Source: Eledone cirrhosa (Eukaryota). Taken from it: DNA of 64,000 bases. Both the position numbers and the translations under genes were made by a program. The stretch's first letter is position 1. Every line of letters starts with the position of its first letter. The notes beneath the pieces were generated by a model. That model was not told the DNA's origin. It saw only the letters and a program-made list of their open reading frames with translations, and made no database searches. The DNA is taken from positions 247,070,001 through 247,134,000 of the forward strand of contig OZ024743.1 in NCBI GenBank assembly GCA_964016885.1. The letters run 5' to 3'. This document shows, piece by piece, positions 52,030-64,000 of the stretch.

Positions 52030-52620
52030 TGTTTTCGATAAGTCTTCGTATTATTAATGCAGCCTTACAATTTTGTAATTGTTAGTATCATGTCTCAACC
52101 TCTATTCTTTGCTAGGCAATAATATTATTTTTATATCTAAACTTAGATAGCTAAACTCCCCTTTTAAGTGCCGTCACGGTAGATTGACTTCTCTGAAAGA
52201 CAACCGATATATCTTTAGATCTCTGCGACAGTGTAGCCCCAACCATAATTAAAGAATGACATTATCTAAGAAGGATGTTTACGTCGTCACTTGACCGCCC
52301 CTAACCCCTCCACCACACCTACCAACCCAAAAAACTGGCATCGAGTGGCATTTGGGGACTGCCTCCTACTGATATAACAGCATTTTTACAGGCGGTCCCC
52401 GAATCGAATTTTCAATTTTCTATTTCCTTTCTTTATTTTTCATTATATGTTTGGGTTCAACGTAATCCTGTTAAGTAATTCTGTGTATGACACCTGATGA
52501 GATCGCCCTGTCTTGCATCATAATTAGATGATGGAGCTAGACCATCGAAATATGTATAGTGATTTCATGGAATTAAAATTCTAAAGCAATTTTTCCAGCC
52601 TGGCCTTCTGTTGTTGTTTA
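52030..52620 (+). mobile_element. Penelope-like element 3' remnant / pseudo-LTR
   Basis: Degenerate FCN...NSPFKCRH resembles the Penelope GIY-YIG C-terminus (CxxC...KCRH) and is followed by a hammerhead motif. Confidence 0.55.
52487..52568 (+). ncRNA. Type I hammerhead ribozyme motif
   Basis: CAC-CTGATGA-GAT[...CATCAT/ATGATG...]ATC-GAAA-TATGTA-TA-GTG: both core boxes and stems I, II and III are present. Confidence 0.65.
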
Positions 52621-52627
52621 ATGTATA

Positions 52628-52704
<77 letters not shown>

Positions 52705-53691
52705 ACTTATAACATTCATGTATGCCTTACTTCTACAAGAAAAACAAGAACATATATAATTCAAAAGCATCTTTTGATTCATATAAAAGCTCATTAAATA
52801 ACGCTAAATAACTACTCTTGTTATTTGGAGAACACCAGAATCTATAGAACACTTAACAAAGTCAGATTACAATATTTAGTGACATTAAAAGGCGGTAGAT
52901 TGGCAGTAATGGTAGACACCATGCTTTTCAGCATAGAGTTATGGCCCTTTACATTCTGAGTTCAAATCCCGCCGAGTCTAACTTTGCCTTCCATCCTTAC
53001 AGGATCGATAAAAGCACCAGTAATGCACTGGAGTAATTGCTGGCCTTGTGCCAAAAGTAGAAACAATTATTTACATCCTGAATTCAAATCCAAACAAGGT
53101 CAGCTTTGCCTGTAATACTTCCAGGGCAGGTTATTTAATCAATTATCTTTTCCCATAATGTGCATCAAATAATGTTAAATCAAATCCTGTGGATGTCAAC
53201 TTTACATTTCATTTTTTTTAGGTTGATAAATATAATACCAGTCCAGGAGTAGGGCATTGGTGGAACCATTATAGAGTTGAATCAAATGCTTTGTGGCATC
53301 AGTTTCAGCTCTTGGCACTATAACTTCAAATCCCAACTACTTCTGCCAGGAGTTGCAACTAGCAACTAGTATCAGCAATGGAAAAGGCAATGGAAATATT
53401 GTTTCCTTGGTCTGATCCGGCGAACAGCTCCTTTTCTGTTATTAATGGAGGAATTGGATTGGTATTCTTGGACAAAATGCTTTGTGGTATTTAGTTACGA
53501 CTTTTTAAGTTCTGAGTTCAAATGCCGCTGAAGCCAACTTTTCATCCTTCCAGGATCAATAAAATAAAGTACCAGTTATAATTGGCTTTTCCTTCCCCCA
53601 AATTATTGGCCTTGTGTCAATGTTAGAAAGAGTTATTAGGAGAGACATTATTTGCTTGACATCAACAACTTTAATATTGTGTCTGTGTCAG

Positions 53692-53793
53692 GTCACGCAA
53701 CTCAAGTTCAAAAAACAGGAAACGTAAGAAAAATCCCAATTCCTTCCTCCATTACACTTTGTTGGACCAACAAGCATTCCTGTTATGGTTCAG
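53692..53793 (+). CDS. Gene 2 candidate exon (R-SRNSSSKNRKRKKNPNSFLHYTLLDQQAFLLWF)
   Basis: tgtgtcag|G...CAG|gtgaga; 102 nt, open, phase 2-2, compatible with both flanking exons. Confidence 0.6.
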
Positions 53794-53889
53794 GTGAGAT
53801 GACCATTTGATTTTACACTTTAGTATTTATCTTTTCTTTATTAACTTTATAAAGTATTCTCTGTTAGAAACACTGAGGAGGAGACCCAA

Positions 53890-54610
53890 CTCAGTCATGA
53901 CTGATCATGGGTTCGCACCTAGAAAGTTGCTCTCCAAAGCACAAGCTTGGCCAAGGTGTTTTTGAGGAAGACCAGCTATCATCCATACATTCAAGTCCCT
54001 TCTCTCCTCTCGAAGCCACTGATATTATCCAAAAGAAAGGCAAAGACCAATACATATGATATCGCAGTAAATTTTTTCCAGCTGAGAGGAATGGAGCAAG
54101 AGAGAGGTTAGACTTTCTGTGTGGCAGATGCACAAGAGTAGTTAACACTAAAGGTTCTCAAGAAATAAACTCTCTCAAATGTTCAGAAGGCTCACTGGAA
54201 GTGGTAGAAAGCTTTTGCTGTCTAGGTGAAGGAGACCTAGGATGACATGAAATGAGGCTGTGAGGAATGACATAAAAAAACTGAACCTCATGAAGATGAC
54301 TCAGGACTAAGCTGGTGATATTGTATAGTATAAAAGACCCATCCGTCAGTACAAGCACTGTGACGCTAAAAGTAAATGTGAGGAAAGACCAGAAGCTACA
54401 GTGTTTAGCAATTGAATGGGGACAATATAAGGTTTGAGAGGACTCTTCAGTCTGGCCAAGTATGTGACAACCTCTTTAGTGCTGGTGCCATGATAAAACA
54501 CACCCAATACATTCTGTAATGTGGTAGTGTTGGCGTCAGAAAAAAGTGTACCCAGTACACCCTGTAAGGTGGTTGGTTTTAGGAAGAGCATCTAGTGGTA
54601 GAGACCATAC
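53890..54610 (+). mobile_element. Degraded RTE fragment related to 5440-9688
   Basis: DFLCGRC and GSLEVVESFCCLG match DFICGRH and GSIEIVDTFCYLG; includes the 3'UTR block ctgtaaggtggttgg...ggaagagcatc. Confidence 0.65.
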
Positions 54611-55055
54611 CAAATATATAATGTGTTGAGCTCATGATCGCAATGTTATGGGTTTGATTCTTAGATGGAGTGGCATATTGTGTCCTTAAACAAAATACTT
54701 GATTTCATGCTGCGCCAGCCTACTCAGTTGAAAATTAGTCTCAATCTTATATATTTGGTCGCTTAATATCAATGGAACTCGTGTGATTAGCCTCTGTAGA
54801 ACTTATTTTATCTTACCTTTTTATTGTGGTAGGACATGATTTAACTGTTATTTCTAGCGTGTCAAGGGACCACGTAGAGGTCCATTGTTAATTCGTCCAA
54901 ATGTATGTCAATGACTGTGTGATGTCTATGGGTTGTTCTTGCAATAAAAAATATTTTTACTTTAGTAGACAGTTAGGTCTTAAAATTATCAGACTGCTGA
55001 AGACCAGAGGCATGTTTTCTCTGTTAACCTAAGGTGACAACAACTGACTACTGAT

Positions 55056-55281
55056 GGCTAATGGTATGTTCTCACTGCTCAGCTAAGGCAACACTAACTA
55101 ACAGACTACTAACTGCTGAGGGCCAATGGTATGTTCTCACTGCTCAGCTAAGGCAACACTGACTAACAGACTGCTAACTGATGAGGGCCAATGGTATGTT
55201 CTCACTGCTCAGCTAAGGCAACACTGACTAATAGACTACTAACTGCTGAGGGCCCATGGTATGTTCTCACTGCTCAGCTAA
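55056..55281. repeat. Minisatellite, about 3.5 x 65 bp
   Basis: Unit ggccaatggtatgttctcactgctcagctaaggcaacactgactaacagactactaactgctgag starting at 55056, 55121, 55186 and 55251. Confidence 0.9.
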
Positions 55282-55599
55282 TGTTGTGCTCTATTTTCAC
55301 TTTCATGTAGCAACTATGACTTCATTTTTTGTGACATTTTTTAAACTGTTATTTTTTTTTAATTAACTTTTTTAACTCAGCCTAGCATTGTCCAAATGGC
55401 CATATGACTAATCTGCCTCTCACTACATATATAATAAATAGTGTAACAAATAACGTTTTGCACAATTTAAATAGTGGCTGGTCATTGTTGAAAGATATAG
55501 TTAATAAATAGAGTCAGTGCTTAAAGGTTTATGAGTAACTCAATGAATAAATAGATACCCACAACAACTGGCAATAAAAAAAAATGAAAAAAACTCTGG

Positions 55600-58385
55600 G
55601 AAACTAAATCAGAACAACCTGCCATCCCCTGCACATAATCATAGACTGAAATCAAGGTACAAATTGTTGTCCTTAAATGCACGTAGTCTATGCAATAAAA
55701 TACATCTTTTTGACTCCTACGTCAAAAGTATCAACCCTGACTTCATTATAGTCATGGAAACATGGGCACATTCCTTACTCTGTGATGGGGTTTTCAGTAT
55801 AACTGGCTACAACTTGTTTCATAAAGAGCGCATTATTCGTTGTGGTGGTGGTGTAATGGTCTACGTTTGTTTAAACTTTTCAGCGATTCCTTGCGTTGAT
55901 TTGAACCAATTGTAGCAATGAGTATTTTTCTGCGATATACATATGACCATGTCAACACTGCTACTTGGAGTCGTTTACTGTCCTCCAAATTACCATCAGG
56001 ACACTCAACTTTGTGATATCCTCAGAGCTGCTGCCAGGAAAACAGCCACTTATGTTTTTATTGCAGGAGACTTCAATTACCCTGAGATTGACTGGGAAAC
56101 CTTTCGATGGCTGCAAAGTGCAAATGATTTCCTTGAGCTAGTGCTGGACTCACTGAGATGACAACACTTTGGATCTACTCTTCACCACTACTCCTGAAAC
56201 GGTTATTAGTGTTATTACTGAGGAACCTTTAGGTGACTCTGATCATGCTATGATCATTGCCAATCTGTCCCTCATGGCCAGTAACAAAAACCACAACCAT
56301 CTCCAAAATGCTCACTTTGACTGGAATAAAGCAGACTGGAACTGTTACTGTCCAAACTGGCTTGAATTTTACGACTCTGGAGATGTCAACACTGTACTCC
56401 AGAATCCCCTAAACTCAATATGGACAGCATGTGCAGCATCGGTGCCACGTAAGCAGAAAAAACACCCCAAAAGTGCAATTTGGGAGACTGCAGCAGTCCA
56501 TCTTGCCAGGAAAGAATGTTGTAATGCTGAACGTGAGTACAAATTGCATAAATCAGATTTCAACAGGAAAAAGCGAAATAAATCATGTAACCATCTCAAG
56601 CAGGTGACAAAAAAGGCAGTGCTTGAATTTGAACAGCGCATAGCAACCAACCCTGACAGTGAGGTGTTCTGGAAGTATGTACACTCAAAGCAGAGGCCTC
56701 ACTCTCCAGTTGGTCCACTTCGCAATCCCCACACAAGCCAGATTACTGACGACCCCAATGAATGCGCAGAACTCATTGCTGAATGCTATGCAGGCATTTT
56801 CACTGTTGAAGACCAAAATCTGACATCCGATTCTATTACAACTATGGAATTTACACCTTCAATGCTGCGACGTCACCTTAAAAATAAACGCAACTATGCC
56901 TCTCCTGGTCTTGATGATGTTACGTACCTGCTTCTCAAACATGGTGGGTACTTCCTTCTGCACCAGCTTTCACTCTTCTTTCAATTCTGTCTGAACAACA
57001 GTGCTACTCCGGAACAGTGGAAAACTGCCAGTGTCATTCCTCTTTTTAAAAAGGGTGACCGCACATCACCTGTCAACTATCATTCAGTCAGTCTTACTAG
57101 CTGCATTGCCAAACTGATGGAATCCTGCGTCAGAGAAACACTTTGAAACTTCTGGAACTCTCACAGTCTTATCCGGCCCTCGCAATTTGGATTTATCCTT
57201 AACTCCAGCTGCTGTGATCAACTTATCGAGTTTCTTGAAGACATCACCCGGATCACTGATGGCGGCTCATGGGTGGATGTTGTTTACCTTGACTTTGCTA
57301 AAGCTTTCAATTCTGTGCCACACAAAAGACTTATGACAAAACTCTCTGCAATATGTGTGAAGGCTGATCTTTTTAACTGGTTGAAGTCCTTCATTCTCAG
57401 TTGAAGAGAGGTAGTCATGGTTCTAGGACAACATTCTTCACCATATGAGATGTCATCTGGTGTACCACAGGGATCTGTTCTTGGTCCCCTTTTGTTTGTG
57501 GCATATATTAATGACATAGATGCCAACTTAAAGAATGCCACAGTACTGAAATATGCAGATGACATCAAGCTGTACCTTGAGATAAAAAGGACAGATCCTG
57601 AACACTATAGATCTTTCCTGCAAACTAATATCAAGAAGTCTTCTTGTGAACATGACCTGGGCATTACTGTCAGCAGCGATTTTCATTAGACGAAGCACAT
57701 CTCTAAAATTGTCAAGAAGGCTGAGGGTGTCTTAGCATCACTCAGCAAGACCTTTGTTAGCCGCTCTACGGCCATCTATTTAAAGCTGTATACAGCTATG
57801 GTACGACCACACTTGGAATTCGCATCATCAGTCTGGAACCCCTATCTTGTTCAGAACATTGACCTCCTGGAAACTGTTCAGAGACGTGCAGCCAAGCGAA
57901 TACCCTCTATCAGGCATCTACCATACTCTGAACGCCTTGCTTCCCTGGGCATGGATACATTGAAGCTCCGACGTCTGTCAACTGACTTGGTAAACACCCA
58001 CAAAATTATTAACCATCTTGCCAACAACAACCCTGAGCACCTTTTTGATTTCCATGTGTCTAACACATGTGGGCATGCCTACAAAGTCAGAAAACAGCAC
58101 AGCTCCGATGACTTTCGGAAACATGTTTTCACGCTCAGAGTTGCTGAAGCATGGAACAAACTACCTGCATCAGTTGTTAGCTGTCGAAACACTGCTTCCT
58201 TTAAAACCTCCATGCTTCCTGAGATTCGCCAACACTACACCTGATGTCCCCGCTCCATACACACGCACACATGTATTTCATGACTCATACACTGTTGTAC
58301 ATTATTCTATGTACTATACATGCACCTTTGAAGAGTTGTAGTGCACCTGAGCACTATACACAATAATTTCATTATTATTATTATT
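55600..58385 (+). mobile_element. CR1-clade LINE ORF2 region, degenerate, with (ATT)n tail
   Basis: LNARSL, METW, AGDFNYP, LGDSDH (APE); YLDFAKAF, SGVPQGSVLGPLLF, YADD (RT); VRPHLEFASSVWNP; ends aataatttc(att)n. Confidence 0.9.
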
Positions 58386-61300
58386 GACTATCTTTCTTTA
58401 AACACAATCTTATTTGTTATTGAGATAGATTTGACAGTGGGATTAGTGGTGGTTTTATAGTATGTGTAGAGATTATAAAAATATGGGCAGCAATCACAAT
58501 TGATGTGTGTCCTGCACAGAGCCTATGCCTGGGTATTTAGCACCCTCAGCTAGTCCTACAATTTGTGCTTTATTCTCCCAAATAAAACAATATCAACTTA
58601 TTGTTGGGGAAATTGACAACTCTAGATTTTTACATTTCTTGCTCTGATCACACTAAGAAAATTACTATGACTGCATTTTCTACAACACAGTTCACATACA
58701 CCCACTCTAAATTATGTGTCAGGTCATAACACCATATAACATTCTGTGTCACTTTGGATATTTCCACAATGCTGCTACACAGAAATTATTATATTTAATT
58801 ATACAAATTTGTATAAATATATGATCCTTCAAGGTTTATTAATATACCTCTCTGATGTCTGTGCTCAAGGTCGCTACCTTCTTAATCTTCATGGTAGCGC
58901 TGATTAACATTATCACAAATTTATAGGCTACAGCTATGTTGCTGGTACTTTTGATCGGCTCCACAGATAAATGACAAAATCTACTCTGGTAGAATTCACA
59001 TTCATAATAAAAAGGTAATGTAACATTGCAAGCCTTTTTGTCTGCAGTCTACTGATTGTGTTATTCACTGCCTTGGGATAAGCTATCTTATTTTCCTTCT
59101 TCAGTTCTTTTGCCTCCTTCTGGAGCATTAAGTCATTTCAGTAGCAATTTTGATTAATGGAGGTAAGGTTGTTATCCCTCCTCCCTTCTCAACACAGACG
59201 AAAAACTAACCTAACAATTTGAAGTCGGGGGTGAAGGGTCCATAACCCTGGAAAGAGGTTCATTTCAGATATTGTCAGCTGAAGCCAGCTGAGCCAGAGA
59301 CTCAAACACTTCACTCTATTTTGAAGAGAACATTAGTATTGAATTTTATCATTGGAACAAAGCTACAACTTTGGGGGTAGGGAACAGTCAATCAAATCAA
59401 CCTTAGGATTTAACTGGTACTTACATTTTATAGACACCCCCTCCCCACCACTCCTACCAGAGAAATGAAAGGCAAAGTTGAACTTGATGGGGTTCGTAAA
59501 CGGTTGTGAATAAATATATACCACAAGGAATTTTGTCTGATACTGTAACAATTCTGTGAATTCATTGCCCTTAGCTGAAGCTATAATATTGATTTATTAC
59601 ATAGACACAAGGACACACAATATATTATTTCAGTACTACTTGTTTTGTATTTATTTTATCAACCCTGGAAGGATGGAAGACAAAGTCAGCCCTGGTGGTA
59701 TTCAAACTCAGAACATAACTAATTACTGCATTTTACCCTACAACATTAATACTGCTGGTTAATTCAGAATACATCATTTTTCTTGTATTTTTTTTCATGT
59801 TGTCACTTCCTGATCAACATACATATAGATTTAAATTCTAGTAATCCATCATGAATTCATTCAGCCATTTTCACACATTTCCAATCCGCATCTTCTCTTA
59901 TGTTGTTATATCTTTTCTGTTAGATATATGAACCCTCAATAATCTCTGTTTCAATGACAGATATCATAAAAGGCTGAAGTAATGTTTGCCATAGAAGTTT
60001 TTTATCTAACATCTGCTACTGCTAGGGCTGGTGTTACCATTAAAGGCCAACTAGGCAGCTATTCAAGGCACAAACCTCAAAGGATCACAGTTTTATACAA
60101 ATTTGTGTAATTAAATTAAATAAATAATAATTTCCTGCAATCAATAAATAAATTACTAAACATCTTTGCAGCAAAGCAGCATTGTGGAAATATCCAAAGT
60201 CGTGGAGAGAGCCTTATGGTGTTATAACTTGTCATGTGATTTTTGGTAGGTGAGTGTGGACTGTATAGCAGACTTAGAAATTTATTTTAATGCAGTCAGA
60301 GTCAGAACAAGAAGTATCAAAGCTAGGTTCATCAGCTTGCCTAACTGTAAAGTGAGATCATTTTATTTGGAAGAATGGGATGCATAACTGGAAGAAGGGT
60401 GGTAGTGGTGGTGGTGGTGGTGTGCGTGGTGGGAGCCTGGGCTCTCCTTGAGTGTGTAGCTATCCGAGAGCGCTAAATACCCTAGCTACTGCTTTGATAT
60501 TGTTTGCTTTTGGTATTCAGCTTCTGTTGGTATAGTCTTGGAGGCTCGCTCACCAGTTTTCAATATTGTATGGTCTGTCTCTACACATAAAGAAATCTGT
60601 TCTAGTAACATCTCTCTTATTGTTTACAACCATGACACTGAAGTAATTTAGCAGTTTATGGTCACTGTGATGCTGCCACAACAGTACTGTAAATTGGTTT
60701 ACATTTTGTTACTATTACTGTTTTCACAGAATAATATCTATAGCAGCACATGGGCATCAAAGATCTTGTTATACTATTTACCACCTACTCATATGGTTTT
60801 GTTTCAGATAAAAATATCTCATTACCTCTGCTGTTGTAGTTTGTTCATTCCATGTGGTAGGTGAGTCTCATTAAGATAAAGATAGGTGGTGGTTTGATTA
60901 AAGGTATGTTACTTGAGAACAACATTCTGTTAGAAATAGTTTGATACTAACTAGGTCAAAACCGACTCTTATTTTATTGAAGAAAACTACCCATTTTAAG
61001 GGGTTGCTTTTTAATATGCTTCTAATATAATTTTACATAAGTGCTATTTGTTAAGATATAGTACAAATACTATTTTAGTAATGAATAATTTTAGCAAATC
61101 CCACAAAATTCTTCATTATTTAATTGAAATAGAGTGTATTTCATTGGAAATATCGTCATTAAAGAGCTAAACAATCCTAACAGTGATACCTTCTTTGGGA
61201 CAAGTTGAATATTTCCAGTACATCATTATCAAGAGGTAGATGTACCAAAAGTGTTGTAGCCAGAGTTAGAATGGGATGGAATAGGTTCAGGGAGCCTGGC

Positions 61301-61779
61301 TCAATTCACCAAGGTAGTTATTGCCAATCATTGGAACTCAAAAGTCATGAACATGACTGTAAAATGAAATGAAGTAAATTTTTTCTGCTCTGAAATCTGA
61401 CATGAAGATTGGATGGTGAATAGTTAGTTTAGAGCAGTAATTCCTTAAGTGGGTAATACCACCTTTTGAGGAACACTGGGAGATGCAAGAAAAGCACTGG
61501 GGCAAAATATAGAAATTAGTTGTTGTTAGTAAAACTGTCACATTTAGTATTTATAAAATTTAATTTTCAATGTATAATATTTTATCAGTTTTACACAGTG
61601 AGGTGGAGGGTTTGATGAAACATATTCTCTGAAAGGTATTGGAAACTGATTGAGAGTGATGAGGCTTACCAACAAAATATAGCACTTTGTCTTATACTTA
61701 TCCATTTGATTATCTTGTGTAAATGTTATTGATTATATTTATACGAAAATCAAGATGAGCAAATTGGTTGATTTTACAG

Positions 61780-61979
61780 TGAGCAGTATTTTGAATGCAG
61801 TCAACTTTACCCATATGATACCCACCAGGAACTCCAAGACAGAAAGAAACCAGAATGGCAGGAACTAGAAAGCAAGCGAAAAGCTTTCTATTATCTGCGA
61901 GCTCAGAATGCATCACGGGATGAATATAAACATTCTTACACAGATACACCTACAGAATCTCAAACAAATGCACATAATG
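61780..61979 (+). CDS. Gene 2 candidate exon (S-EQYFECSQLYPYDTHQELQDRKKPEWQELESKRKAFYYLRAQ...)
   Basis: attttacag|T...G|gtaaaa; 66 open, protein-like codons in phase 2. Absent from the ORF track because it has no start codon. The gene probably continues downstream. Confidence 0.6.
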
Positions 61980-63583
61980 GTAAAAAAATTGCAAATCACT
62001 TGCAAGTACTCCTTTTTAGTTTGCTTTATATAATTTCAAAATAATCACAGTGTGTGGGTATTTTGAATAACTATATGTCTTTTGCACTGTCTATATTTCT
62101 TCTTTTTCCTACTCCCACTTCATCAGAACTTTTAGTCTTTTTCCATTTCCTTTCTTGAATCATTCTTGTTTTACCTCAAAAGTACATTAGACCTGAAATT
62201 TTCTATTCATGAATTATTCTGGGATGGACTTGGATGTCTTGAATGAAATTTTGTGAAAATTTGTTGAGAATTGGTGTTTATTATATAAATTTAGTCATGC
62301 AGTAAATGTAATTTCCATGTTTAAACTACAAAGCTTTCAGCAACTTCAAATTAGGATCAAACAGACTAATTTCAAAATTCGTTAACGATTTATTATGTAT
62401 CACTTATTTCTATCCTCTGAATGCAAAACTTCTTGTAAGATTATACCAAACCATAATATAATTACAATTCTGTACAAGATTGAATTTTTCCAGATTACTT
62501 TTATGTAGATTAAGCATTCCAAATAAATGTTAAACTCTGTAACTTCATGGAAATTCACATTTATATTTTAGTTTTACTGAAAGACAGTTCAATCTGGCTC
62601 ATTAGAAATTCCTATGAATTTTGCAGTTGACCATATCCGTGTGTTATAAGAAACAACTAAAAGGGTTGGTATCAGGAAAAGCATCTGGCTGTAAAACAGT
62701 TTCAAAAGTCCCACCCAACCCATGTCAGCATGGAAAAGGTGACATAAAAACGATGAGGATGATGATGAGACTTCAATACTTTCCAAAATACTTGCAAATA
62801 GTTCATGTATACTCCAGTAGTTTATAATCAGTTCAATAATATTTCCTTTCATGAATTGGAGTTGATAATATCAATGTCACTCACTCCTCCAAATTTGTTG
62901 CTTTGTGTAAATGCATAAAATCAATAGTAAGTAAAACAAATTTAAATAGATTATTAATATCTATGGGTTTTCTTTTCCTTGCAGCTAGTTTCAGTTTTGT
63001 ATACTTGATGTGATTCTCCTCATTGATTTTTTTTTTCTCTGTGATGCTCTATGAGTTTCATTTTTTTTTCTGACTTTCCATGTGAATATTATCATTTTTC
63101 AGATCAGATTCAAAACAGTTTTTGTATCTTAACTTCAGTTTGTGTGAGGTATCAATTCCCAGAACATGGATTTTCATAGAGTAAATACTTTGGAATTCTT
63201 TCCTATTTCATGCAAATTACATGGCCTTTCCACAGTCTACTAAGAAAGAATGTTTCTATGCTTCTAATATTTGCTGAGTCTAAAATCTTAACATTACTCA
63301 TAATCTTTCTAAGATATATGCAAAATTTGTTTAAATACACATTTGCTGAGACTGATGTAACATGTTTTGAATAATGTCCGTTTCCCAGCCATACAATCAG
63401 ACAAAATATATGTTTTCATGTAACATTGAAAACATTATGAAGATTTCATATTTCCCAAAAGTTATCCATCACCTCTAAATTTAATTTGCAATTTCATCAT
63501 TTGAAAGAAGATATGTTCAAGGTTTACCATAAACTAATATGTTTTTAGATTTCACTTTTCAGGGCAGGGCTGATAAAGAATAA

Positions 63584-64000
63584 GTTGTATCTAGATTTAT
63601 GGTGAGGTCTAACATGTTACAAGGTTGCATCTAGATTTATTGTGAGGTCTAACATGTTACAAGGTTGTATCTAGATTTATTGTGAGGAGGTCTAACACGT
63701 TGCAGGGTTGTATCTAGATTTATTGTGAGGTCTGACATGTTGCAGGGTTGTATCTAGATTTATTGTCAGTTCTAACATGTTGCAGGGTTGTATCTAGATT
63801 TATTGTGAGGTCTAACATGTTACAAGGTTGTATCTAGATTTATTGTAAGGTCTAACATGTTACAAGGTTGTATCTAGATTTATTGTGAGGTCTGACATGT
63901 TGCAGGGTTGTATCTAAATTTATTGTCAGTTCTAACATGTTGCAGGGTTGTATCTAGATTTATTGTGAGGTCTAACATGTTACAAGGTTGTATCTAGATT
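63584..64000. repeat. Satellite/minisatellite, more than 10 x 40 bp, runs off the window end
   Basis: Unit gttgtatctagatttattgtgaggtctaacatgttacaag with variants. Confidence 0.95.

Noticed and set aside
58934-59315. Possible minus-strand exons (59211-59315 and ORF 58934-59128)
   Set aside because: No consistent multi-exon chain or recognisable protein.
60730-60861. Possible extra gene 2 exon ending at a gtgagt donor
   Set aside because: It is open only with phase 0 entry, and I found no convincing upstream exon supplying that phase. The model closes without it; unresolved rather than excluded.

Overview
AT-rich, repeat-dense eukaryotic genomic DNA. The SINE/LINE content resembles a mollusc, probably an octopod cephalopod; that assignment is inference. 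Two + strand spliced host genes can be assembled by hand. Gene 1 is a complete 7-exon, phase-consistent gene (75..19810, 344 aa, N-terminal coiled coil, no recognised family). Gene 2 is partial (exons 28540-28979, 53692-53793, 61780-61979; basic NLS-like motifs) and its 24.7 kb intron is full of transposons. Mobile elements: a near full-length degenerate RTE LINE, five pieces of a CRE-clade (RT + restriction-like endonuclease) element, a 12 kb head-to-tail chain of Tx1/L1-clade LINEs plus a SINE joined through (ATT)n tails, CR1-like LINEs, a non-autonomous Helitron, a probable solo LTR, TTAA MITEs, many tRNA-derived SINEs, a Penelope remnant with a hammerhead ribozyme motif, and several minisatellites. 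Most notable: (1) a CRE element with a 5' inversion bounded by a 12-bp target-site duplication, the architecture expected from twin priming; (2) the tail-into-tail Tx1/SINE chain with a decay gradient; (3) the hammerhead motif. All coordinates were read by eye, and repeat boundaries are approximate unless a TSD or terminus is quoted.
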